Positions 23,249 through 32,820 of a stretch of 64,000 nucleotides of DNA are shown in pieces. Source of the stretch: Acidimicrobiia bacterium. GTDB taxonomy: Bacteria > Actinomycetota > Acidimicrobiia > Spongiisociales > ZC4RG35. Location of the stretch: assembly GCA_965203555.1 (NCBI GenBank), contig CBDBCY010000004.1, positions 1,888,001 to 1,952,000 on the forward strand, written 5' to 3'. Made by a program: the position numbers and the translations under genes. The notes beneath the pieces were generated by a model. It was not told the origin of the DNA and ran no database searches. It was given only the letters and a program-made list of their open reading frames with translations. Position 1 is the first letter of the stretch, and every line of letters begins with the position of its first letter.

Positions 23249-24166
23249 CTAGTCGGCCAGGTCCGCCAGTAACCGCCGCGTCGCCTCCGTGCCGGTCCCC
23301 GTATCGAACGGAACCGCCCAGACATCGGTGGCGCCTGCATCAAGGAAGGACTGAAGCCGCGAACGCACCGTTTCTTCATCCCCGGCGATGACGACATCAG
23401 CGGGGCCCTCCACTCCGGCTCGATCCATCATGCGCCGATAGTTGGGCAACATTCCATACATCGCAAATGTGGAGGCAGCGACATCGCGAGCCCGATCGTG
23501 ATCGGAGTCGAGGGCTACCGGGATCCCAGCCACTATTCGCGGTGAGGACCGGCCGGAGGCCTCGGCTCCCTCGGCAGCCATCGGGGCAACCACATCTTCG
23601 ATGTATTGGGGACCCGCCATCCAGGTATTCACCCCGTGTGTCAACTCTCCTCCCAACCGACACATCGCCGGGCCCACCGCTCCAACGATCAGAGGAACCG
23701 GTCTGGTTCCCGGAAACCGGATGACGGCTTGTACCCGATAGTGGTCCCCTTGGAAAGAGCAATACCCATCGGTTAGGAGCGCTCCCAGGACGGTGAGGTA
23801 TTCGCGCAGGTGCCCCAGTTGGCTCGAATAGTCCAAACCGTGCATTGCCTCGATCACCACTCGATGCGAAACCCCCACGCCCAACACCAACCGGCCCCCA
23901 GCCAATTCCTGCACCGTTGCCGCGGCCTGGGCCAGGGCCACCGGATGACGTGGATAGGTAGGTATCACCCCCACCCCCAACTCGATCCGAGATGTCGCCC
24001 TGGCTGCGACGGCCAACATCGTCAAGGAGTCCATGTGCCTGCTGAAGTGATTGCACCAAGCCGCCCCGAACCCTGCTTCCTCCGCCGCAACGGCATCCTG
24101 CACAACATCGCTTGGAGCGCGGGGCGCCCCCAGCGCTTCCGAACCGATTGTTGCAACGATGCGCAT
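23249..24166 (-). CDS. LLM-class (probably F420-dependent) oxidoreductase
   Basis: AEEAGF, TSRIELG...PTYPRHP, GGRLVLGVGVSH, GAVGPAM, YGMLPNYR. Confidence 0.85.
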   Translation of the reverse strand: MRIVATIGSEALGAPRAPSDVVQDAVAAEEAGFGAAWCNHFSRHMDSLTMLAVAARATSRIELGVGVIPTYPRHPVALAQAAATVQELAGGRLVLGVGVSHRVVIEAMHGLDYSSQLGHLREYLTVLGALLTDGYCSFQGDHYRVQAVIRFPGTRPVPLIVGAVGPAMCRLGGELTHGVNTWMAGPQYIEDVVAPMAAEGAEASGRSSPRIVAGIPVALDSDHDRARDVAASTFAMYGMLPNYRRMMDRAGVEGPADVVIAGDEETVRSRLQSFLDAGATDVWAVPFDTGTGTEATRRLLADLAD

Positions 24167-24457
24167 TTGTATTCCTCTCGGTCCGCCCTGTCCGCAGACC
24201 CTCAAACCGCAAAGCGTAACGGATGTGTGGCGTTTGTCGGCAACGCGGTTCGGGCGAGACGCGTACTTCCAACACCGAAAATTCCACTCAAGCCGCCCAT
24301 GGCCTCCAGCCGACGCCCTTCCCATGCCATCCCGGTCCAGACGCCTGGACATACCATTGTCAAGGGCTCTAACCTCTCAGGCAGAGCAGAAGAGCGCGAC
24401 GGGGAGCTATCATGAGGGTGATAGCGGAAGAGGGCCGTTGTTGCAAGGAGGGAAGAA

Positions 24458-24856
24458 GTGTCTTTGCCATTGGAGTTTGTCCTCCATGGTTCTCCCGTGT
24501 CCCAGCAGACCAAGAGGAGACAGAGGTTGACAGAATGGAAGCGGGACGTGCGGATCGCCGCCAGACAGCATTGGAGTATGGCGCCGCCCTTTCCCGGAGA
24601 GGTCATGGTGAGCATCACCTACTTCTTTACCGACACGGCGCCCGATGTTGACAACGTGCCAAAGCCCATCCTGGATGCTTTGAAGGAACTGATCTATGCC
24701 GACGACTTTCAGGTATCCGACCTATTCAGCAGCAAGAGAGAGATCTATCGGGTCCTGCGCGTCCGGAACCCGACTTTGCTGGGACCTCTCCAGACTTCAG
24801 AACCGTTTCTCCACGTCAAGGTGGCCGAGGCGCCAAGTCAAGAGGTGGCTTGTTGA
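24458..24856 (+). CDS. rusA: RusA-family resolvase-like nuclease
   Basis: EF...G.PVSQQ, PDVDNVPKPILDAL, IYADDFQV; RBS AGGAGG. Confidence 0.82.
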   Translation: MSLPLEFVLHGSPVSQQTKRRQRLTEWKRDVRIAARQHWSMAPPFPGEVMVSITYFFTDTAPDVDNVPKPILDALKELIYADDFQVSDLFSSKREIYRVLRVRNPTLLGPLQTSEPFLHVKVAEAPSQEVAC

Positions 24857-24870
24857 TGAAAGGCGCCACG

Positions 24871-25518
24871 ATGTCTGAAGAGCTTCTGGCTTACGTTATA
24901 GAAAGGGAGTGGCGCGGTAAAGGGTATGAGGTCCTGCCCGCGCAGAAACTGGATTTCCTGCCCGAATTCACCCCGGATCTGGTCGTTCGCAAAGACGGTG
25001 AAACCAGGGTAATAGAGATAAAGGCACGATCTTCTTTGGCGGCCAGCCCGAAGATAAGAAAATGGGCACGACAAATCCACTCCAGACCCGGGTGGAGTTT
25101 CGAATTGGTGCTGGTGGGGGAACCCGAGAAACTGGAGTCACCCGAGAGCCTGCGATCATTCGACGTTGCGGATGTTCTTGGGCGAATCGAGCAGGCCGAA
25201 AGAGTTCTTGACTCGGGTTTCTCCGAAGCCGCTTTCTTGCTGGCATGGACTGCCTGCGAAGCTGCCATCAGAATGTGCCTGGTGGAATATGGCGCCTCGA
25301 ATGCCGGAATCACCACTTCCCGTCACATCCTCGACCAGGCGGTGTATATGGGCGCGATATCGAGAGACGAATACCGCCACCTGACCGTTGCACAGAAGAA
25401 CCGCAATGCCATCGCTCACGGCTTCGGGAGCGGCGATGTCACTGGCGAGTCGGTAAAGAATCTGTTAGCAACGGCACGCGGCCTTCTCGCAACTTCAGAC
25501 CAAAGAGCCAACGGTTGA
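24871..25518 (+). CDS. PD-(D/E)xK nuclease (REase_AHJR-like) fused to HEPN-like domain
   Basis: KGYEV...PDLVVRK...VIEIK...PGWSFELV; C-terminal AAFLLAW.ACEAAIR...RNAIAHG (RxxxxH); start may be 24853/24856. Confidence 0.72.
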   Translation: MSEELLAYVIEREWRGKGYEVLPAQKLDFLPEFTPDLVVRKDGETRVIEIKARSSLAASPKIRKWARQIHSRPGWSFELVLVGEPEKLESPESLRSFDVADVLGRIEQAERVLDSGFSEAAFLLAWTACEAAIRMCLVEYGASNAGITTSRHILDQAVYMGAISRDEYRHLTVAQKNRNAIAHGFGSGDVTGESVKNLLATARGLLATSDQRANG

Positions 25519-25608
25519 CAGAACGTTCTGTTTTCCCTCAAACACAGTTTCAGGGACGTAGCCGGTCTCCGGTGGAGTAGTCGGGGATCTTGGTTTGCAG
25601 CGACGACC

Positions 25609-25670
25609 ATGATCTCCTGGAGGCGTGTCCGTCAGAGATGATCTCCTGGAGGCGTGTCCGTCAGAGATGA
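25609..25670. repeat. 29-bp perfect tandem duplication
   Basis: ATGATCTCCTGGAGGCGTGTCCGTCAGAG x2 plus ATGA. Confidence 0.9.
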
Positions 25671-25687
25671 CGTCAGGCTCGCTTCGG

Positions 25688-27472
25688 CTACTCGATCACG
25701 AATCGGAGATCCCCTCGACGACGGGTTTTTCCCTGGCTGTCTGTCCACTCCAGGAAGGGAACGGCGTACTTGCGGGACAGTCCGGCAGCGGCGCGAAAGG
25801 CGCTCACCGTGAACGGTTGCTCCAATTCGGCGGCTATGCCCAACAGTTCCTCCACCTGTTCGGGTAAGTAGAAGATTGAGGGACTCACCCGGAGCAACTC
25901 ACCGACCCTAACCAGGGCATGGGTCAGATCGTCTTCCAAGCCGAGCGTCGCCGGTGAGGGCGTCAACAGTCCTCCCTCCGCAATTTGTCGGCGGGCTTCT
26001 AACCAGGCGGGGGACCGGGTGGGGTCGGTATTCACTTCCGAGCGCGGATCCCTGATCACCGTTCCCTCCAGTCGCAGATAAGGATGATCGTTGGTCAACT
26101 CCACCAAGAGCGCCCGTTCTATCCCCAACTCAGAGGCTGCCCGGGCGGCGGGCATTCCCAACTGGTAAGGGTGCCTCTGGTTATGGGCACTCACGATGGC
26201 CTCCAACCGGGCAATCATCAACCCTGCCAACTGGTCGGAAACCGCCACACCCCCGGCAGTCACGCTCCTGTTTGGAAGTCCCCCCCGGGTATGGGCCGCC
26301 AGCTCGGCAAGCTCCGCTCGGCCCCGGACGGCCAACAAGCCGTCCGCCTGCTCCCCGGGGGATGCGCCTGCCAGCGGGGCCAACCGTCGTCCCAGCGTTC
26401 TTCGCTTGGCGAAGGTGGACGGAGCGCAGGGATCTGTTACCCGACCGCCGCCAACCACCATCCGCCGTCCCGTTTCACGCAACACGAATCGATCCCCCAT
26501 CGCCAATCGAAGCGGCTCGGTCACCCGCAAGTGGGCAACCATGGCGCCCGGTCCCCTCTCCAAAGGGGTAAACCGGACCGGCCAGGCGCCGCTTCCCAAA
26601 TGAAGGTGATAAGCGCCCCTGCCGGAAAGTTTCTCCACGTATCGGGCGGGACGCACCAGCGCCAGCACGGAGTCGGTGCTCCGCCACTGTCCGGGCGCGG
26701 TGAGGACACTTCCTCTTTCCAGGGAACGGCGGCCCAAACCAACCAGGTTGGCCGCCACCCTCCAACCCGGTCCCACCTTCTCGAGCGGCGTCCCGTGAGA
26801 CTCCAACCCCCTGATTCGAGCCATTGCCGGGCCAGGCCATATCTCCACCCGGTCACCAACAGCCAATCTTCCATCCAGCAGGGTCCCGGTCACCACCGTT
26901 CCCGCCCCTTTTATGGTGAAGGCACGATCTATCCACAGGCGAGGCCTGTCCAGGTCCTCCGGCGCATAGCCGTCCAGGGCTCCCTCCAGACTCTCGGCCA
27001 CCGCCCGAACCCCCGATCCCAGGGGCGCCGAAACCCGGACAACCGGCCATTGGGCGCCAACCGTGCCCGACAACTGTTCCACGGTGTCCAATTCCACCAG
27101 ATCGGCCAGTTCCTCGTCAACCAGGTCCACCTTGGTAAGCGCCACCACCCCCCGGGAGACCTCCAGCAGATCGAGTACCGCCAAGTGCTCCTCTGACTGA
27201 GGCATCCAGCCTTCGTTGGCCGCAACCAGGAATAGAGCCGCGTCGATGGCCTCGATTCCGGCCAGCATGTTCTTTATGAAACGCTCGTGGCCGGGCACAT
27301 CAACGAAGGAGACGTTCTGCCCTGCAGGAAGCCGCATCCAGGCAAACCCCAAATCGATGGTGAGGCCACGCCTCCGCTCTTCTTCCCAGCGGTCCGGATC
27401 GATTCCGGTTAGCGCCGCGATCAGGGTGGACTTGCCGTGGTCGACATGACCGGCGGTCCCGATTACCGGCAT
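25688..27472 (-). CDS. selB: Selenocysteine-specific elongation factor
   Basis: TAGHVDHGKS, EERRRGLTIDLGFA, DVPGHERF, C-terminal winged helix LSRKYAVPFLE. Confidence 0.95.
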   Translation of the reverse strand: MPVIGTAGHVDHGKSTLIAALTGIDPDRWEEERRRGLTIDLGFAWMRLPAGQNVSFVDVPGHERFIKNMLAGIEAIDAALFLVAANEGWMPQSEEHLAVLDLLEVSRGVVALTKVDLVDEELADLVELDTVEQLSGTVGAQWPVVRVSAPLGSGVRAVAESLEGALDGYAPEDLDRPRLWIDRAFTIKGAGTVVTGTLLDGRLAVGDRVEIWPGPAMARIRGLESHGTPLEKVGPGWRVAANLVGLGRRSLERGSVLTAPGQWRSTDSVLALVRPARYVEKLSGRGAYHLHLGSGAWPVRFTPLERGPGAMVAHLRVTEPLRLAMGDRFVLRETGRRMVVGGGRVTDPCAPSTFAKRRTLGRRLAPLAGASPGEQADGLLAVRGRAELAELAAHTRGGLPNRSVTAGGVAVSDQLAGLMIARLEAIVSAHNQRHPYQLGMPAARAASELGIERALLVELTNDHPYLRLEGTVIRDPRSEVNTDPTRSPAWLEARRQIAEGGLLTPSPATLGLEDDLTHALVRVGELLRVSPSIFYLPEQVEELLGIAAELEQPFTVSAFRAAAGLSRKYAVPFLEWTDSQGKTRRRGDLRFVIE

Positions 27473-28797
27473 GCCGTCCGAAGCGCCTCGGACACCGCCT
27501 GGTCGTCAGACGGAGAGACCGTCCGCAAGTCAACTCTCAATCGTCCTCGCTCTCTCCGGGCTACAACCGGGGGGTCCGACTCCAGAAGCCGGCGAAAAGT
27601 CTTATCGACCCGCCCTCCGACGGCTATCACAGGGCCGGGGATAACCGCTCCGGGCACGCTTCCCGCTCCCGGAGTAGCAGCGCCCTCCTCGATAACAGCC
27701 TCTATCCCTGCCGCCGCAATCATCCGGCGGGCCCTCTCCTCCAAATTTTTCCGATCCAGCCCGGCCATTCTCCAAAAAGGCAACCGCGCTGCCCGACCGT
27801 CGGCATAGGCCTCAGCCGTGCCGGCCAAAGCGGCCGCGGTAGGACCGTCTATACGAACCGCGCGGGCCGCAGGATGTCGGCGCAGCCGCGACACCAACTC
27901 GGCCCGGCCGACGATGATGCCCGCCTGGGGTCCGCCGAACAGTTTGTCTCCGGAGAACAACACCAAGTCTGCTCCTGCCTGAATGCTCTGTACCACCCCC
28001 GGTTCGTCGGTCAGCCAGGAAGGCGGCGGTCCCGGCCACCACGGGACCCGCTCATCGATCAAGCCGCTTCCTGCATCGAAGACCAGCGGGATGCCCGCCG
28101 AGGAAGCAAGGGAGGAAAGCTCCGGAAGAGTCGCCTCCTCGGAGAAGCCCACTATCCGGTAGTTGGAGGGATGGACCTTCAAAAAGAGGGCCGTTGATGA
28201 GGTCAATGCCCGCCGGTAGTCGGCGGTGCGGGTGCGATTGGTGGTACCCACCTCCACCAGTTGAGCACCCGAGGCGGCCATCAGTTCCGGCAACCGGTAG
28301 GACCCCCCGATCTCTATCAGTTCCGACCGCGAGACCGGGACCTGCCTCCCCCCGGCCAGCGCCATCAGGGTCAGCAACAGGGCGGCCGCGTTGTTGTTCA
28401 CCACCAAGGCTGCCTCTGCTCCGGTGATCAGCGCCATCAATCGATGCAGATACCCGGCCCTGCCTCCCCGATCGCCGCCCGCCAGGTTCAATTCGGTGTT
28501 GGAATAGCCGGCAGCCACCTCCGCGCCGGCCCGGACCGAGGCACCGTCCCAAGGGGCTCGGCCCAGATTGGTGTGGAGCAGGACCCCGGTGGCATTGATT
28601 ACCCGGATGGGACGGCGCCGGCTCAAACCGGCCAATACCCGGGCGGCGCCCACTTCCACCCCGGCGCCACCCTCGTCCCGATCCCGGGCATCGGCGATCA
28701 CCTCCCTGACCACCTGGATCACCAAGCTGCGCGGCAATGACCCGTCGTAAAGTGAATTCGCCAGGCGATCCACGGACGGGTATCTACGTTGCGCCAT
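27463..28797 (-). CDS. selA: L-seryl-tRNA(Sec) selenium transferase
   Basis: VINATGVLLHTNLGRAP, VNNNAAA, SELIEIGGSYR, EVGTTNRT, KVHPSNY, FSGDKLFGGPQAG. Confidence 0.95.
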   Translation of the reverse strand: MAQRRYPSVDRLANSLYDGSLPRSLVIQVVREVIADARDRDEGGAGVEVGAARVLAGLSRRRPIRVINATGVLLHTNLGRAPWDGASVRAGAEVAAGYSNTELNLAGGDRGGRAGYLHRLMALITGAEAALVVNNNAAALLLTLMALAGGRQVPVSRSELIEIGGSYRLPELMAASGAQLVEVGTTNRTRTADYRRALTSSTALFLKVHPSNYRIVGFSEEATLPELSSLASSAGIPLVFDAGSGLIDERVPWWPGPPPSWLTDEPGVVQSIQAGADLVLFSGDKLFGGPQAGIIVGRAELVSRLRRHPAARAVRIDGPTAAALAGTAEAYADGRAARLPFWRMAGLDRKNLEERARRMIAAAGIEAVIEEGAATPGAGSVPGAVIPGPVIAVGGRVDKTFRRLLESDPPVVARRERGRLRVDLRTVSPSDDQAVSEALRTACR

Positions 28798-28984
28798 TGA
28801 ATTGAGGCTACCGGACCCCCGCGCCGACCCTGAGCGGGAGGTTACCGTCGACGACCCTGGCGCCATCTACCTGTTCCAGCCGCGGGATCGCAGACTCTTT
28901 CCGTACGCAAACGCCCCCACCTTGTCCTTCCCATTCAAAGCAACACAACTCGGCTATCCCGCTGCTGGGTTATCGTTGGGTCCC

Positions 28985-29383
28985 ATGTGGCGTTTGGTGA
29001 TTTTTGTGGGGGTTCCCCTGTTGGAGCTGTACGTGTTGTCCCTGGTGGAGGACCGTATCGGACTGCTGAACACCCTGGGACTGGTGGTGGCCACCGGCAT
29101 TTTGGGTGCGACGGTGATGAAGAGGCAAGGAGCGGAAGTGTGGAGGTCTGCCCAGATGAGATTGGCCCGCGGGGAGATCCCCGCCGAAGAAATCCTCGGA
29201 GGGATGATGGTGCTGGTGGGGGGCGCGCTGATGATCACCCCGGGAATCATCACCGACGCGGCGGGTCTTCTGCTGATGATCCCCGCCATAAGGAACCTGA
29301 TCATCCCCTCCTGGTCGAAAAGGAGAATCTTCATGACCTTTCCCGATCGTGACAACGGGGTCTATGACATCGATCCTTCCTAG
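28985..29383 (+). CDS. fxsA: FxsA-family membrane protein
   Basis: VPLLELYVL...IG...T...GEIP...GGALMITPGIITD. Confidence 0.85.
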   Translation: MWRLVIFVGVPLLELYVLSLVEDRIGLLNTLGLVVATGILGATVMKRQGAEVWRSAQMRLARGEIPAEEILGGMMVLVGGALMITPGIITDAAGLLLMIPAIRNLIIPSWSKRRIFMTFPDRDNGVYDIDPS

Positions 29384-30104
29384 CCGCCCCACTGTTCAAC
29401 CCGTGCGGCCACTTCCCAGCTCGACCGTCCTGCTGCTGCGAGACCGCGCCGAAGGCTTGGAGGTGCTGATGGTCCGCAGGTCCCGCTCCACGGTATTCGG
29501 CGGCCTGTTCGTCTTTCCCGGAGGAGTAGTGGACCCCGTGGACCGCAGTTCCCTTGCCGGAGAAGCCACAGTCGGCGCCTCGGGGGAAGAACTCCAATGG
29601 AAAGCAGCCGGATTGAGAGAAACCGCCGAGGAGGTGGGGGTTTACTTGACCAACCGGTCTGTCAACCCACCTGCTCGGCCGCTACGCGGCGCGGATGTCT
29701 ACCGGTGGGTGCTGAGCCAGGGCGCCCGCTTCGATGCCGGACGCCTTCGATACCTGTCCAATTGGATTACTCCCCGGCCATCGCGCCAACGATTTGACGC
29801 CCGCTTCTACATAGCCGCGGTGGAAGGAGACGAGGTGCTTACCTTATCCCACAATGAGCTGACCGAGTCGGTTTGGATCCGGCCCGCCCAAGCCTTGGAC
29901 CGGGTGCGCACCGGCCGGTGGGACATGATCCTACCCACCGAAAAGAACCTCGAACGGCTGCTTGGTTTCTCCAATACCCTACAAGCCTGGGCCTCCATCG
30001 GCGAGACTACCGAGATCGAACCCGTCCTTCCCCGAATGGTCATCCGAGAAGAGGGTTTTGACGCTTTGCTTCCCGGCGACCCGGGTTATGAGGAAGCCCC
30101 TTGA
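29364..30104 (+). CDS. NUDIX hydrolase
   Basis: STVLLLRD...LEVLMVRR...FVFPGGVVD...AAGLRETAEEVG; WITP...RFDARF. Confidence 0.88.
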   Translation: MTSILPSRPTVQPVRPLPSSTVLLLRDRAEGLEVLMVRRSRSTVFGGLFVFPGGVVDPVDRSSLAGEATVGASGEELQWKAAGLRETAEEVGVYLTNRSVNPPARPLRGADVYRWVLSQGARFDAGRLRYLSNWITPRPSRQRFDARFYIAAVEGDEVLTLSHNELTESVWIRPAQALDRVRTGRWDMILPTEKNLERLLGFSNTLQAWASIGETTEIEPVLPRMVIREEGFDALLPGDPGYEEAP

Positions 30105-30883
30105 GAGTTCGCAGAATCCTGGCGCCCAATCCCAGCCTGTTCACCGGACCGGGCACCAATACCTATCTCATCGAAGACGGGGGAGAGGCGGTGATCCTTG
30201 ACCCTGGACCCATCGATCATTCCCATCAACAGGCCATCATCGAGGCGGCCGGGAACCTGTTGGTGCGGACCGTGCTGGTCACCCACACCCATCCCGACCA
30301 TGCCCCACTGGCCAATCCCCTGGCGCGTCTGTTCGAGGTCCCGGCTATGGGCTACGAACCCGGGCCGCAGTTCCAACCCGACCATCGCCTGGGTGAGGGA
30401 GAAATCATCGACGTGGGGAGCACGCGGTTGGAGGCGATCCACACGCCGGGCCACTCCGACGACCATCTTTGCTTCCGCAGCGGTGAGGTGCTGTTCACCG
30501 GAGACCACATCAAGGGAGGGTCTTCGGTTCTGATCACGGATGCCGGTCCGTACATGAAGTCACTGAAAAAGGTTGCCCGCTTGAGACTTGTCCGCCTGTA
30601 CCCCGGCCACGGAGAAAAGATAACCCGTCCGGCCCAGACCATCTCCTGGTACATCGCCCACCGGCAAGAGCGGGAAAGGGAGATACTGGCGGCGGTGACT
30701 ACCGGCTGCAGAACGGTGGGAGAGATTGTGGAGCAGGTGTACCGGGAAATCAACCCGGCGCTTCACGATCTGGCCGCCTATTCAGTGGCCGCCCACCTGA
30801 AGAAGTTGGCCGCCGAATCCACGGTCCGGTTCGATGAAGGGGCCGGGTGGAACGCACCGGTGGGTTTAATGCCACGATCATGA
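30101..30883 (+). CDS. MBL-fold metallo-hydrolase
   Basis: APNPS..TGPGTNTY, THTHPDH, TPGHSDDH, FTGD, PGHG. Confidence 0.9.
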   Translation: MRVRRILAPNPSLFTGPGTNTYLIEDGGEAVILDPGPIDHSHQQAIIEAAGNLLVRTVLVTHTHPDHAPLANPLARLFEVPAMGYEPGPQFQPDHRLGEGEIIDVGSTRLEAIHTPGHSDDHLCFRSGEVLFTGDHIKGGSSVLITDAGPYMKSLKKVARLRLVRLYPGHGEKITRPAQTISWYIAHRQEREREILAAVTTGCRTVGEIVEQVYREINPALHDLAAYSVAAHLKKLAAESTVRFDEGAGWNAPVGLMPRS

Positions 30884-32172
30884 TCCCCGGCAGGCGGCGG
30901 CCGAAGTTATTGATCGGGATCCTGGGTGTGGCGGTCCTGGCCATGGTGCAAATCCCGCTGGCCGGCGCCCAATCGGACGAGGTGCAAAACGCCCGGGAAC
31001 GAGTGGCCGAATTGGAAGCCCAGCAAAGAGAACTGGCTCTGTTGATTGAGCAGACCTGGGTTGCGCAGGTGTTGGCGGAAGAGGAGTTGGACCTCATCGG
31101 CGAAGAACTGCGCAAGGCAGAGTCGGATCTTTGGCTGGCCGAATCGGCTTTGGAGGACCTGGCGGTGATCCTCTACATGGATGTGGCAACGGGTAAAAAT
31201 GTGAGCCTGTGGCTGGCTGACGGACCGGAGGGGTTCGAAGCGGGAGTGGGTTATCTGGAAGTACTGGGTGTCGAAGAGCAGGCGATCTGGAGTCGCTACC
31301 GGACGGTAACCGACGGTCTGGGCCGCCAGCAGGAACAATATGAGTCTCAGTTGGCCCGGTTGGACCAAATCAGAACTGAACAGGAATCCCTCTTCTCGCA
31401 GTTGCTGGAGGCGCTGGGAGCAGCCCAGCAGGAGCTTGTCCTCCTGGAATCCCTGGGCATTGACTTGGATGAACCCACCACCACGACCACGACCACGACC
31501 ACCACCACCACCACAACCACACCACCCACGACTACAACCACGACCACCACCACCACAACCACACCACCCACGACGACTACATCCACGACCACGACCACCA
31601 CCACCACCACCACACCACCCACGACGACTACATCCACGACCACGACCACGACCACCACCACCACCACAACCACCACCACACCACCCACCACTACAACCAC
31701 CACACCACCCACCACAACCACGACTACACCGCCCACCACCACCCGGCCTGCCGACGGCTACAACTTCGAGGGGGTCTGCCCCGTGGACGAGCCCAACACT
31801 TTCGTGGACACCTGGGGAGCTCCACGATCTGGGGGACGAAGGCACCAAGGGGTGGACATTCTGGCGGCTCGAGGCACACCTGTCAGGGCCATTCACGAGG
31901 GAGTGCTGTTCCGCGTCGACCGAGGTGGCCTCGGAGGCTTGTATATCTGGCTGCGTTCGCCCTGGGGGGACGAGTATTACTTTGCACACCTCGATGGGTT
32001 CGGTCGCGGCATTCGAACCGGTGTCCGAGTGGACCAGGGAGACCTGATCGGCTACGTCGGCACCACAGGAAATTCCCCGGCGAACGTTCCCCATCTCCAC
32101 TTCGAATACCACCCGGGTGGCGGAAGGGCCGTCAACCCCTACGAACTGGCCGTGGCAGCCTGCGACCTGTGA
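30880..32172 (+). CDS. Secreted M23 peptidase with coiled coil and Thr/Pro linker
   Basis: Signal peptide, coiled coil, HQGVD, YFAHL, VGTTGN, PHLHFE. Confidence 0.9.
   Translation: MIPGRRRPKLLIGILGVAVLAMVQIPLAGAQSDEVQNARERVAELEAQQRELALLIEQTWVAQVLAEEELDLIGEELRKAESDLWLAESALEDLAVILYMDVATGKNVSLWLADGPEGFEAGVGYLEVLGVEEQAIWSRYRTVTDGLGRQQEQYESQLARLDQIRTEQESLFSQLLEALGAAQQELVLLESLGIDLDEPTTTTTTTTTTTTTTTPPTTTTTTTTTTTTPPTTTTSTTTTTTTTTTPPTTTTSTTTTTTTTTTTTTTTPPTTTTTTPPTTTTTTPPTTTRPADGYNFEGVCPVDEPNTFVDTWGAPRSGGRRHQGVDILAARGTPVRAIHEGVLFRVDRGGLGGLYIWLRSPWGDEYYFAHLDGFGRGIRTGVRVDQGDLIGYVGTTGNSPANVPHLHFEYHPGGGRAVNPYELAVAACDL
31474..31743 (+). repeat. Poly-Thr/Pro coding low-complexity repeat
   Basis: About 270 bp of ACN/CCN codons; block ACACCACCCACGACGACTACATCCACGACCACGACCAC at 31561 and 31612 (51-bp period). 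Confidence 0.9.
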
Positions 32173-32330
32173 TTACCCCATCCTCACTCGAGGCCAAAAG
32201 CGCCACGATGTGGGTTTTACAACCATCACAGTTGGCAACGCCGCCTACTACTCGGACACTGTAACTGTCACCAGGACCGGCGATCCCTGCCAGACATGCG
32301 AGGTCCCCTGCCTCTCAGAACCTGGGAGGA

Positions 32331-32807
32331 TCAGTCGTCGGAGAGGGCGAGCACCAGAGTCAGATGGTTGGCGCCATTCTCCCGGCGGTAGCGCATCTCC
32401 CGGACCATGGAGCGCACCAGATGAATACCCAGGCCGCCAATCGCCATATCCATCAGTGATGACGCGTCCTGTCCGGGAGGGGCGGGCGCATCGGTTGGAT
32501 CAAACGGCACACCGTTGTCAACGATCTCGAATTCGGCTTCCGTCAGGCGGGAGGTCAATGTCATGACCACTGCTTCGGTGGCGCCGGAATGAGTCATGAC
32601 ATTTAGCATCATCTCTTCGAGAACCAGTTGGGCCTGCAGAACGAACTGCATGGACCACCCCACCCTGTCGCCGAATTCTTCAACAGCCTCGAAAACGGCG
32701 GGCAACTCATCGGCATCCGCCGGTATATCCACCGAAACAGACGCTTCGCGAAAAGTGTCCGCGCCGCTTTTAGGACCGCTGTGAGAATCCTCGTGGACAG
32801 GGCTCAT
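32331..32807 (-). CDS. RsbW-like anti-sigma factor/Ser-Thr kinase (HATPase)
   Basis: LVLEEMMLNVMTH, EIVDNGVPFDP, GGLGIHLVR, GANHLTL. Confidence 0.88.
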   Translation of the reverse strand: MSPVHEDSHSGPKSGADTFREASVSVDIPADADELPAVFEAVEEFGDRVGWSMQFVLQAQLVLEEMMLNVMTHSGATEAVVMTLTSRLTEAEFEIVDNGVPFDPTDAPAPPGQDASSLMDMAIGGLGIHLVRSMVREMRYRRENGANHLTLVLALSDD

Positions 32808-32820
32808 CTGTTAATTGATG

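Noticed and set aside
24458-24856. Prophage signalled by rusA
   Set aside because: No integrase, structural, replication or lysis genes nearby
25609-25670. CRISPR array or tRNA-Sec next to selB
   Set aside because: The two repeats are contiguous with no spacer; no TCA anticodon arm or T-loop
30907-32112. Gly/Cys-rich, poly-Val and poly-Pro ORFs (possible RiPP precursors)
   Set aside because: Alternate-frame and antisense shadows of the Thr repeat in the M23 gene
32173-32330. Possible beta-sandwich gene remnant (TITVGNAAYYSDTVTVTR)
   Set aside because: Too short and without a credible start to support a call
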